64,000 bases of DNA from Myxococcales bacterium (GTDB lineage Bacteria; Myxococcota_A; Bradymonadia; UBA7976; UBA1532), in NCBI GenBank assembly GCA_020633465.1, contig JACKDN010000004.1, forward strand, positions 307,828-371,827, read 5' to 3'. Both the position numbers and the translations under genes were made by a program. Under the pieces are notes generated by a model. It saw only the letters and a program-made list of their open reading frames with translations. It searched no databases and was not told the origin of the DNA. Shown here piece after piece: positions 37,188 through 46,700 of the stretch; position 1 is the stretch's first letter; each line of letters begins with the position of its first letter.

Positions 37188-37205
37188 GGCCGCCCTCACT
37201 GTCCG
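37185..37205. repeat. 21-bp direct repeat, copy 2
   Basis: catggccgccctcactgtccg spans the stop codon of the 37196-39985 gene and the ATG of the Cys-Pro small ORF. Confidence 0.7.
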
Positions 37206-39985
37206 AAGTTCCCGTCGAGGCGCCAGTGCGCCGTCGTGCCGGTCAGCCGCGGCTGCCGCAGCCCCAGCCCCGCGCCGACGGGCAGGTCGAAGCGCCCCAG
37301 GCTGTCGGGGATGACGAACTCGGGCAGCGGCAGCACCGGCAGCCCGTCGTTCAGCGCGCGGTCGACGATGGCCTGCACCACCCGGCGCAGCGTGTCCTCG
37401 AGCACCTGTCGCGAGCGCAGCGGCACGTCCACCGCGGGCAGCGCAAGGTGCAGCGCGACGATCTCGACGCCCTCGAAGCTCAGGTCGCGCTCGTTCTGCA
37501 GGTTGACGGTCGCGTCCACCACCGCGGCGAGCTGCACGCGGAACGGCTCGACGAAGAAACCGGGGTAGACGACGCCGGCGGTCATCGGGCCGAGGAACAC
37601 GCGCACGGTCGCCTCGCCGTCGACGCCGGTGACGGCGGGCGGCGACGGGATGCGCAGGAACACCTCGGTGCCCTCGGGCAGGTCGCCGGCGACGGTGCCC
37701 ACCAGCCCGCCCGCCTCGGCCTCGAAGTAGCCCGCGCGCCACAGGCGGTGCAGCACCTGATCGAGCACCGCCAGCATCACCGCGCCCCCCACCGCGCGAT
37801 CGGCGGGCAGCTCGACGTAGCCCGTGCCGGTCGGCAGCGGCACGCCGGGCACCCGGCCGGCCACCCGCGTGGGGCCGTCGACGCGCGTACGCACGCCCAC
37901 CGCCACGCGGCCCTGCCCGAAGTCCAGCCGGTTCAGCCCAACGGTCACCGTCAGCGGCACCGGCTCCCCGCCGGTCAGGCTGGGCACGTCGATGCCCTGC
38001 CCCAGCTCGCCGATGTCGACGTTGCCCAGCAGGTCGGTCAGCACCTCGTCGATGTTGTCCTGCAGGAAGTCGCGGATGGCGTCGACCACCGTCCGCCGGA
38101 TGAGCCCCTCGAAGGCGCTGAACACCAGCTCGAGGATGGCGCCGGTGATGAAGCCGCTGAAGTCGCTGTCGAGGCGGCCGACGTCGACGGTGTCCAGCGA
38201 GCGCAGGCGCACGTCGGGGTTGCCGTCGTTGCGCAGGCCGACGTCGAAGGTCAGCCCGATGGTGATGTGGCCGGTGCTGATGGTCGCGCGGTTCCCCAGC
38301 GTGCCCTGCAGCTGGGCCGTCACCGCCAGGTCGCGGATGCTGGCGCGCGTCTGCAGGCCGCCGTCCACGATGGTCAGGTCGATGGTGTTGCGGCCGCCGA
38401 TGCGCAGGTCGCGGTACTCGACGCCCAGGCGGAACAGGCAGACGCCCAGCACGCGCGCGCGGCACTCGTTGGGCACGATGGGGTTCTGGGCCAGCGCGGC
38501 CTGATGCACCGTGTCGCGCAGGCCCGCGCTGTTGACGACGCGGCGCAGCACGTCGGCCAGGCTGGCCAGCGGGTTGTCCGGCTCGCCGTCGTCCAGGCCG
38601 GCCTGCCCCAGCCGCAAGATGAGCGCGTCGTCGAGCGGCAGCTCCTCGCGCAGGTAGTCGTCGGCCGCGAAGTACGCGCAGAAGGTGCTGTTCTCGTTCA
38701 CGCCGTCGCTGGCGACCACCTCGTGCACGTTCAGGCCCCACTCGATGGGCACGTCGGCGCGCCACGCGCCGTCGGGCGCGAGGTCGACGGGGTTGCCGTC
38801 CACGGTCAACGACTGCACGCCCGCGATGTCGGCCACGCGCCCCTCGAGCACGCCGTGGCCCTCGGGCGGGCGCACGATGAACTCGCCGCTGGCCGGGCTG
38901 TCGCAGGTGATACCGGGGCCGCCGAAGTCGACCAGGATCTCGACCGCCGCGCTCAGCGCGCGGTTCTGGTAGGTCTCGCCCTCGACGGTGACGCCCAGCA
39001 GGTAGCGGCCCTCCTCGAAGGCGAAGTAGCGGCCGTCGCCGAAGGGCGGCAGCTCGGGATCGCTCTCGAACAGCAGCGGCGCGTCGGGGATCGGGTTGCC
39101 GAACTCGTCGGTGACGACCGGGATCAGCTCGACCACCGCGCCCACCGGATAGACCGGCCGGTCGGGGAACAGCGCGATGCCCAGGTTCGCGGGCAGGCCG
39201 GGCCGCACCTGCAGCGTCTGCGGCGCGGCGCTCTCGGCGCCGGGCAGCGTGCAGCTGACCGCGTACGAGCCGGCGTCGACCATGCGCAGCATCTGGTTGC
39301 GGTAGCGCAGGTTGGGCGCCGGCGGGTCGACGCGCAGGCCGAACTGCTCGGGCGGCACGTCCACCGGGTTGCCCGTCGCGTCGAAGGCCGAGCACGCGAC
39401 CTCGGTGATCTCACCGGCCAGCATCTCGTCGGTGCCCAGCCGCGTGACCGTCCGCGCCGGCGCGCCCGGCTCGACGGTCCAGATGGCCGGCGTCGGATCG
39501 CGCAGGCCCAGACCGGACGCCGTGCACACCAGCCGGTAGTCGCGCGCGATCTGCCCGACCACGCCGACCTCGGTGCGCTCGAAGCCGGTGTCCGGGTGGA
39601 TCTCGACCGCCGTCGCGATGCCGGGGATGGGCGCGCCCTGCTGATCGAGCACCTCGCAGGTCACCCGGTTCTCGAGCCCCACCGGCGTCCGGCGGTCGCC
39701 CACCCGCGTCTCGACCGCGAAGGGCACCTGCTCGAAGACCGCCGAGTCGACCGCGGCGTCCTCGGGCGGCGCCGCGTCGGCGGGATCGCCCGGGTCGCCG
39801 CCCATGCCCGAGGGCCCGCCGTCGCGCCGCCCGAACGGCGGCGGCGCCGCGTCGTACCGCACGCCCGCGTCCGTCTCGCGGAAGCCGGGCGTCGCCCCCG
39901 GCTCCACGATGGGCGGCGCCTGTTCGCTGTCACACGCGGCCGCGCCCAGCGCGACGGCGAACAGCAGAAGACCTCGAATGCGCAT
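37196..39985 (-). CDS. Large lipoprotein of unknown function (paralog 2 of a tandem pair)
   Basis: MRIRGLLLFAVALGAAAC is a lipoprotein signal. Domain order and several segments parallel the 34729-36936 protein. Confidence 0.65.
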   Translation of the reverse strand: MRIRGLLLFAVALGAAACDSEQAPPIVEPGATPGFRETDAGVRYDAAPPPFGRRDGGPSGMGGDPGDPADAAPPEDAAVDSAVFEQVPFAVETRVGDRRTPVGLENRVTCEVLDQQGAPIPGIATAVEIHPDTGFERTEVGVVGQIARDYRLVCTASGLGLRDPTPAIWTVEPGAPARTVTRLGTDEMLAGEITEVACSAFDATGNPVDVPPEQFGLRVDPPAPNLRYRNQMLRMVDAGSYAVSCTLPGAESAAPQTLQVRPGLPANLGIALFPDRPVYPVGAVVELIPVVTDEFGNPIPDAPLLFESDPELPPFGDGRYFAFEEGRYLLGVTVEGETYQNRALSAAVEILVDFGGPGITCDSPASGEFIVRPPEGHGVLEGRVADIAGVQSLTVDGNPVDLAPDGAWRADVPIEWGLNVHEVVASDGVNENSTFCAYFAADDYLREELPLDDALILRLGQAGLDDGEPDNPLASLADVLRRVVNSAGLRDTVHQAALAQNPIVPNECRARVLGVCLFRLGVEYRDLRIGGRNTIDLTIVDGGLQTRASIRDLAVTAQLQGTLGNRATISTGHITIGLTFDVGLRNDGNPDVRLRSLDTVDVGRLDSDFSGFITGAILELVFSAFEGLIRRTVVDAIRDFLQDNIDEVLTDLLGNVDIGELGQGIDVPSLTGGEPVPLTVTVGLNRLDFGQGRVAVGVRTRVDGPTRVAGRVPGVPLPTGTGYVELPADRAVGGAVMLAVLDQVLHRLWRAGYFEAEAGGLVGTVAGDLPEGTEVFLRIPSPPAVTGVDGEATVRVFLGPMTAGVVYPGFFVEPFRVQLAAVVDATVNLQNERDLSFEGVEIVALHLALPAVDVPLRSRQVLEDTLRRVVQAIVDRALNDGLPVLPLPEFVIPDSLGRFDLPVGAGLGLRQPRLTGTTAHWRLDGNFGQ

Positions 39986-40050
39986 GCGGCAGCTCCCCAC
40001 GCCGGACGGCGCAGTCTAGCAGAGCGCCGCCGGGCCGGTCTGCCCCGCGC

Positions 40051-40584
40051 CTACTCGCCGCAAGCGAAGGGGATGGTCTCGACGCGCTTCGCCACCGACC
40101 CGCCCTGGGTGAGCACCGCGGTCACTTCGACCGGCTGACAGCCCACGTCCGTCACGATGACCGGCAGCACCAACCGCCGCCCCTCGCGCGTGTAGCGGTC
40201 GAGGTCGAAGGTCACCTCGCGCAGCGCCTTGCCGTCCGCCCGCGCCGTCACCTTCAGCGTGGCCTTCATATCGGCCTCGGGCGGCCGCGTCAGCACCACC
40301 TCGACCAGCACCGTCGAGCTGGGGTGCGCCGCCTCACCCTCGGCGATGATCGTGTTCCACAGCGTCACCTTGCCGGTGGTCAGGTCGCGCGGATCCACCG
40401 CGCCCTGGTTCTCGTAGTACAGGCGCGCCTGGATGTCCTCGAAGGCGGGGCCCACCTTGGGGCGCTCGGCCTTCTTCGGCTTCGCGGGCGGATCGGCCGC
40501 CAGCGCGGCGCCGGCGACGAGCAGGCTGAGCAGGACGAGCAGACGAGTCGACACGACGGACCTCCTTCGGTGCTGCGACGCCAC
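40051..40584 (-). CDS. Hypothetical small secreted protein
   Basis: A signal-like segment VSTRLLVLLSLLVAGAALA follows a short basic N-terminus. The start at 40584 is uncertain. Two Cys are near the C-terminus. Confidence 0.45.
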   Translation of the reverse strand: MASQHRRRSVVSTRLLVLLSLLVAGAALAADPPAKPKKAERPKVGPAFEDIQARLYYENQGAVDPRDLTTGKVTLWNTIIAEGEAAHPSSTVLVEVVLTRPPEADMKATLKVTARADGKALREVTFDLDRYTREGRRLVLPVIVTDVGCQPVEVTAVLTQGGSVAKRVETIPFACGE

Positions 40585-40737
40585 CGTGACGCCGAACGGG
40601 CGCCGGGCGCAACGCCACCGCGGCCGGCACGTCGCATCCGACCCCGCTGGGACCCCAGACGTTCCCGGCGCGCGCCGCCGGCCGCGATTCGCTACACTGC
40701 GCGCTCACCCTCGAGCCCAGCAGCCCGGAGTCGCCCC

Positions 40738-43700
40738 ATGGCGCAGCGCCGCTCCCTGCCTTCCTTCCTGATGCTGCTCGCCCTCGGCGCCACGGCCTGT
40801 TCCGAGGTGCCCGCCAGCAACCCCTACGATCCCGAGGCGCCCGCCGAGGTGCAGCGCAAGGCCAGCCTGCAGGGGGTCGTGCGGGGGCCGGACGAGGCGG
40901 CGCTGGTCGGCGCGGTGGTCACGATCACCGGCCCCACCGACCCCGACAACAACCCGCTGACCACCGGCGAGGACGGCGCCTTCCGCTTCGTCGACCTGGT
41001 GCCCGGGCGCTACGTCATGCGCGTCGAGCACTCGGGGCACGAGGCGCGCGAGATCGACCTGGGCGCGCTGGGCACCGGCGAGGCCGTGTCGCGCGACGTG
41101 ACGCTCGACCCCCTGCGCGCCGACTCGGTGGGGCAGGCCCGGCTGAGCGGCGTCGCGCTGAAGCAGGGCGAGCTGGCGCTGGCCGACGAGGCCGCGCGCG
41201 ACCACTCGGGCATCACCGTCGAGGTCGAGGGCGCGGGCCTGCGCACGGTGACCAACCGCGCGGGCGCGTTCGACCTGTTCCTGAACCCGGGCCGCTACAC
41301 GCTGGTGCTGACCGCCCCGAACCACGTGCGCATCGTCAGCGATCCGATCGAGGTCACCGCCGGCGCGACCGTGACCCTCGACGCGCCGTTCGAGCTGCAG
41401 TCCGATCCCGGCGCCATCGTGGGCGTCGTGCGCCTCGAGGGGCGCGCCGAGGGCGGCTTCGGCGACGTCGCGGTCAGCCTGGCCAACACCAGCCTCACCA
41501 CGCTGACCGAGCCCGACGGCGCCTTCCGCCTCGACGGCGTGGCCGCGGGCGTCTACACGCTGCGGGCGGCGCGCGACGGCTTCGAGACGCAGGTGGTGCG
41601 CGGCGTCGTGGTCGAGAGCGATCCCGACGTCGCCCTCGAGCCCATCGAGCTGCTCATCGCGCGCGGCACCGTCGAGGGCGCCTTCGGGCTGGCCGCGTCG
41701 CCGCAGGCCGGGGGCATCGCGGTCGAGCTGGCCGACACGGGCTTCCGCGCGCTGACCAACGAGGCGGGCGCCTACCGCATCGACGGCGTGGCCGAGGGCG
41801 AGTACACCCTGCGCGCCTGCCTGCAGGGCTACGAGCCGGACACCCGCGCGGTGACCGTGCGCGGCGGCGAGACGACCGTGGCGCCGCCGGCCGACGCGCC
41901 GGTGGCCCTGGCGCGGCAGCAGATCCGCCTGGTCGACGGCGGGCGCGCCACCGACACCGCCTTCACCGTGCGCTTCGACGCCCTGCCCGCCTGGGTGACC
42001 GCGGTGAAGGTCGAGGGCGACCTCGACCCCGCCGAGCGCCGCGACTTCCGCCCCTTCGACGCCGAGGCCGGCGGCCTGGACGTCGTGCTGGCCGACGGCG
42101 AGGGCCCGCGCCGCCTGACCGTGCAGGCGCGCGGCGACGGCTGCCGCCTGAGCGATCCCCTCACCACCGTCGTCGAGCTGGATCGCAGCGGGCCCGCGCT
42201 GGTGGGGCTGAGCTTCGACGCCGGCGCCCTCACCGCGCGGCCCGATCTCACCGCCCGCCTGCAGGTGGCCGGCGCCGACGCCGTGCGCCTGACCGGCGAT
42301 CTCGAGGCGGTCGCCGGCGAGGCGGCCAACGTCGGCGCGTGGCTGCCCGCGTCGGCCTCGGTGGCCGTGCGCCTCGACGGCGCCGAGGACGGCGAGAAGA
42401 CCGTGACGCTCGAGGCCCGCGACGCGGCGGGCAACGCCTCGGTGCCCGCGTCGGTGCAGGCCACGATCGTGCTCGACCGCGCCGCACCCACCGACGCCGC
42501 GCTCACCATCGAGGACGCCACGCCCCTCACCGCCCCCACGGTGAACCTCGCCCTGCGCGCCGTCGGCGCGACCGAGATGCAGGTGTCCAACGATCCCGCC
42601 TTCGCCGACGCCGCCTGGACGCCCTTCGCCTCGCGCCTGTCCGGCTGGACCGTGGCCGCCCCCGGCGCCGACGGCGAGAAGACCGTCTACGCCCGCTTCC
42701 GCGACGCCGCGGGCAACACCACGGACGCGGTGAGCGCGGCCGCGACGCTCGACCGGATGGGCACCCTCGGTGGCCGCGTCACGCTCGAGGGCACCGACGC
42801 CTGCGACGGCGTCGCGGTGCTGATTGACGGCGTCGCGGCCGACGCCAGCTGGGACGGCTGCGACTTCACCGCAGCCGCCGCCGTCGGCCTGCGCGGCGTG
42901 CGGCTCGAGCGCCCCGGCTTCGAGGCGGCCACCCCCGGCGCCTTCGCCGTCGGCCCCACCGACACCGCCGCCGTCGGCGCGCTCGAGCTGCGCCGCGCGC
43001 GCGGCTCGGCCTCGGGCGTCGTGCGCCTGCAGGGCCGCGCCGAGGGCAACCACGGCGGCGTGCTGCTCACCTTCCAGAACGTCAGCGATCCCGTCGGCGC
43101 CGAGGCGCTGCCGGACTACGGCGCCACCACGCTGCCCGACGGCAGCTTCTTCGCCGGCGACCTGTGGACCGGCCGCTACCTGGTCACCGCCTCGAAGGAC
43201 GGCTTCTCGGTGCGCGACCTGGGGCAGGTGCGCGTCGAGGCGGGGCGCGACACCGCGGTCACCGCGCCCGACGCGCCCGTCGTGCTGACCCAGCAGGTGG
43301 GCGACTTCCTCATCGACGGCGGCGCCGGCTTCACCCGCGACCGCGAGGTCGAGCTCACCCTCGCCTTCGACAACGTCGTCAGCTTCCGCGTGCGCGTGAA
43401 CGGCGGCGCCTTCTCCGAGCCCATCGACTACGCGCCCGATCCCGACGGCCGCATGCGCTACCCGGGCCTCGACCTGGGCGTCGGCGAGGGCGCCAAGCAG
43501 GTCGAGATCGAGACGGTCGACGCCCAGGGCACGGCCTCGGGCGAGCCCTACTTCGAGGCGAGCATCGTGCTCGACACCCTGGCGCCGACGAACCCCGCGC
43601 TGACCGTCGACGGCGGCGCCGAGTACACCAACAACGCGCTCGGCCGGGTGGTGCTGCGCGTCGGCGCCGACGATCGCAACGGCATCGAGCGCGTGCGGCT

Positions 43701-46700
43701 GTCGGCCGCCGACGACTGCCAGCAGGACGGGCCCACCGTGCCCTTCAGCCCGGTGGTGAACCACGAGCTGGCCGAGCCGGCCGTCGACGGCCCCAAGAGC
43801 GTCTACGCCTGCTTCGTCGATCCGGCCGGCAACGTCTCGGCCTCGGTCCGCGCCGACATCGTGCTCGACACGACGCCGCCGGCCATCACCGGCGTGCAGG
43901 TGATCGACCACGCCGGGCGCGCGTGCAGCGAGGCCTGCGCGGTCAACGACGCGCGCGTGCTGCTGCAGATCGGCGAGGCGCAGGCCGGCGACGCCGCCGA
44001 GATCCGCCTGGCCTTGGAGCCCGACTTCGTCACCGGCGCCTGGCAGCCCCGCCTGCCCGGCCCGGTGCCCCTGCAGCTGCCGCAGAGCGACGGCCCGCAC
44101 ACCGTGTACGTGAAGCTGCGCGACGCGGCCGGCAACGCCTCGGACGCGGCCAGCCTGGCGATGACGCTCGACCGCCAGGCGCCGCCCGCGCCCGCCGCCG
44201 ACGCGCCGGATTACATCGGCGCCCCCACCCTGCCGGTGACGCTGGCCAACACCGCGCAGGCGGTGCAGGTCGAGGTGAGCTGGGCCGCCGACTTCAGCGA
44301 CGCCGACGTCCTCGAGCCGGCCGCCCGCGTCGACGTCCCGCTGCCCCCGGGCGCGGCGCCCGGCGACCACACGCTGTGGGTGCGCTACGTCGACGCGGCC
44401 AGCAACCGCAGCGCCGCGGTGCCGCTGACGACCACCTTCGACACCGATCCGCCGGTGATCCTCGGCGCGACGTTGCTCGGCGCCGGCGACGACGACGTCG
44501 CCTACCTCGCCAGCCCGCTGAACGTGCCGCTGCAGGTGGTCTGCCTCGACGACCGCGCGTCCCAGGCCGAGCTGACGCTGGCCACCGTCGATCGCGACGG
44601 CGCCACCGACCAGCGGGCCGCCTCGCCCCTGATCGGCGTCGACCTGCCCGGCGGCGACGGCCCGGCGACGCTCACCGTGCGCTGCGCCGATCCGGCGGGC
44701 AACACCAGCGAGCCCGTCGTCATCGACTACCACCTCGACTCGGTGGCGCCGCCCGCGGGGCAGAACAGCGTCACCATCGAGGGCGGCCGCAGCCACGTGC
44801 GCCAGCGCAGCGTCACCCTCGAGCTGCAGACGGCCGACGACGCGCAGGGCAGCGGCGTGGGCGCCATCGCGGTGGCCAACACCGCCCTCGACTGCGCCGG
44901 CGCCGACTACCGCGCGCCGGTCGACGCGCTGGCGTGGGTGCTGGCCGCGGGCGAGGGCGGCAAGACGGTGGCCGTGTGCGTCCGCGATCGCGCCGGCAAC
45001 ACCACGCCGATCAGCGACACCATCGTGCTCGACTCGCTGCCCCCGGCCGGCGACTTCACCCTCGACGAGGGCGCCTACAGCGCGTCGACCCGCGTCACGG
45101 CGCGCGTCACGCGCGCCAACCCCGAGGCCACGCGCATGCGCCTGGTCCAGGGCGTGGCCGACTGCGCCGGCTTCCTGCCCGCCGTCCTCGACGACGCCGG
45201 CGCGCTGTACAGCGCCGATCCGCAGCCGGTCGACCTCGCGGGCGAGGGCACCTGGCAGGTGTCGCTGTGCCTGTTCGACGACGCGGGCAACTTCACGCGC
45301 GTGACGCGCACCGTGACCGTCGACCAGACCGCGCCCACCGGCAACATGGACCTCGACCGCGACGCCACCTACACGACCACGCGCGCGGTGACCGTCAACC
45401 TCAGCACCTCACCCGACGTGACGCAGATGAAGGTGGTCGACGTGGCCGGCCCGGGCGCGGCGGCCAACTGCGGCGGCGGCGGGTACGGCCCCGTCGATCT
45501 GGCGCGCGCCCACACGCTGCCCGCCGGCGACGGCCCCAAGTACGTGCGCGTCTGTCTGCGCGACGCGGCCGGCAACACCGCCCAGCTGCCCGCCGGCGAC
45601 GCGGACGGCATCATCCTCGACGCCACGCCGCCCGCCCTGCGCGACCCGGGCACCGGCGCGAACGACGGCGTGCTGGTCGAGGACGGCGCGGCCATCACCC
45701 GCCGGTCGACGCTGACGGTTCGGCTGGCGGCCGACGACGCCACGGCCGGCGTCGTCGAGTTCAAGCTCAGCGAGGGCGACGCCTGCACCGGCGGCGCGTG
45801 GCAGCAGTGGGCGCCCGACGTCGGCGGCGCGCAGAGCACCGCCTTCGCGGTGGCGCCCGGCGACAACGTCGAGCGCGCGGTCTCGGTGCAGTTCCGCGAC
45901 GCCGCCGGCAACGTCTCGGGCTGCGCCTCGGACAGCATCGACGTCGACACGGTGCCCCTGGTGCTGACCGCCTTCGGCCTCAGCGGCGGCGCCGGCGACG
46001 CGCCCGGCTACACGCGCACGCCGACGGTCAACATCACCGCCATCGGCCACGACGGCACCGGCGCCTGCGCCCGCTACGAGGTGGCGCGCAGCAACGCCTT
46101 CCTCGGCGCCGACACGCAGACCTACGCCGGCTGCCCCGTCGGCCCGCTGACCTACACGCTGCCCCAAGCCGTGCCCGACGGCGTGCAGCGCCTGTACGCC
46201 CGCGTCGTCGACGCCGCCGGCAACACGAGCGGGACGCTGTCGGCCACCATCGAGCTCGACCGCGTCGACCCGACGCTGACCGGCATCAACCTCGACCGCG
46301 GCCCGGGCGCCCGCCCCGACGGCCCCAAGTACACCGGCCTGCAGGACGTCGCCGTGCAGCTCGTGCCGCCCTACGCGGGCGGCGTCCGCCTGCGCTACGC
46401 CCTGCTCGAGAACGGCGCCGCGGCCTGCCCCGCCGCCGACGTCCTGCCCGACGAGGCCAGCGTGCAGCCCAGCCTCACCGTGCGCTTCGCGGGCAGCGGC
46501 ACCAAGAAGGTGTGCGTCGCGCTGGTCGACGCCGTGGGCAACGCCAGCCCCGTCCGGTCGGACACGATCATCATCGACACGACCGCGCCGCCCGCGCCCA
46601 ACCTGCCCCAACGCAACCTGCCCGGGGTGAACGCCAGCTGCGCCTACGTCGAGGCCCAGCGCGCCGACGTGGCCGACTTCTGGAAGTTCCAGGTGCGCGC

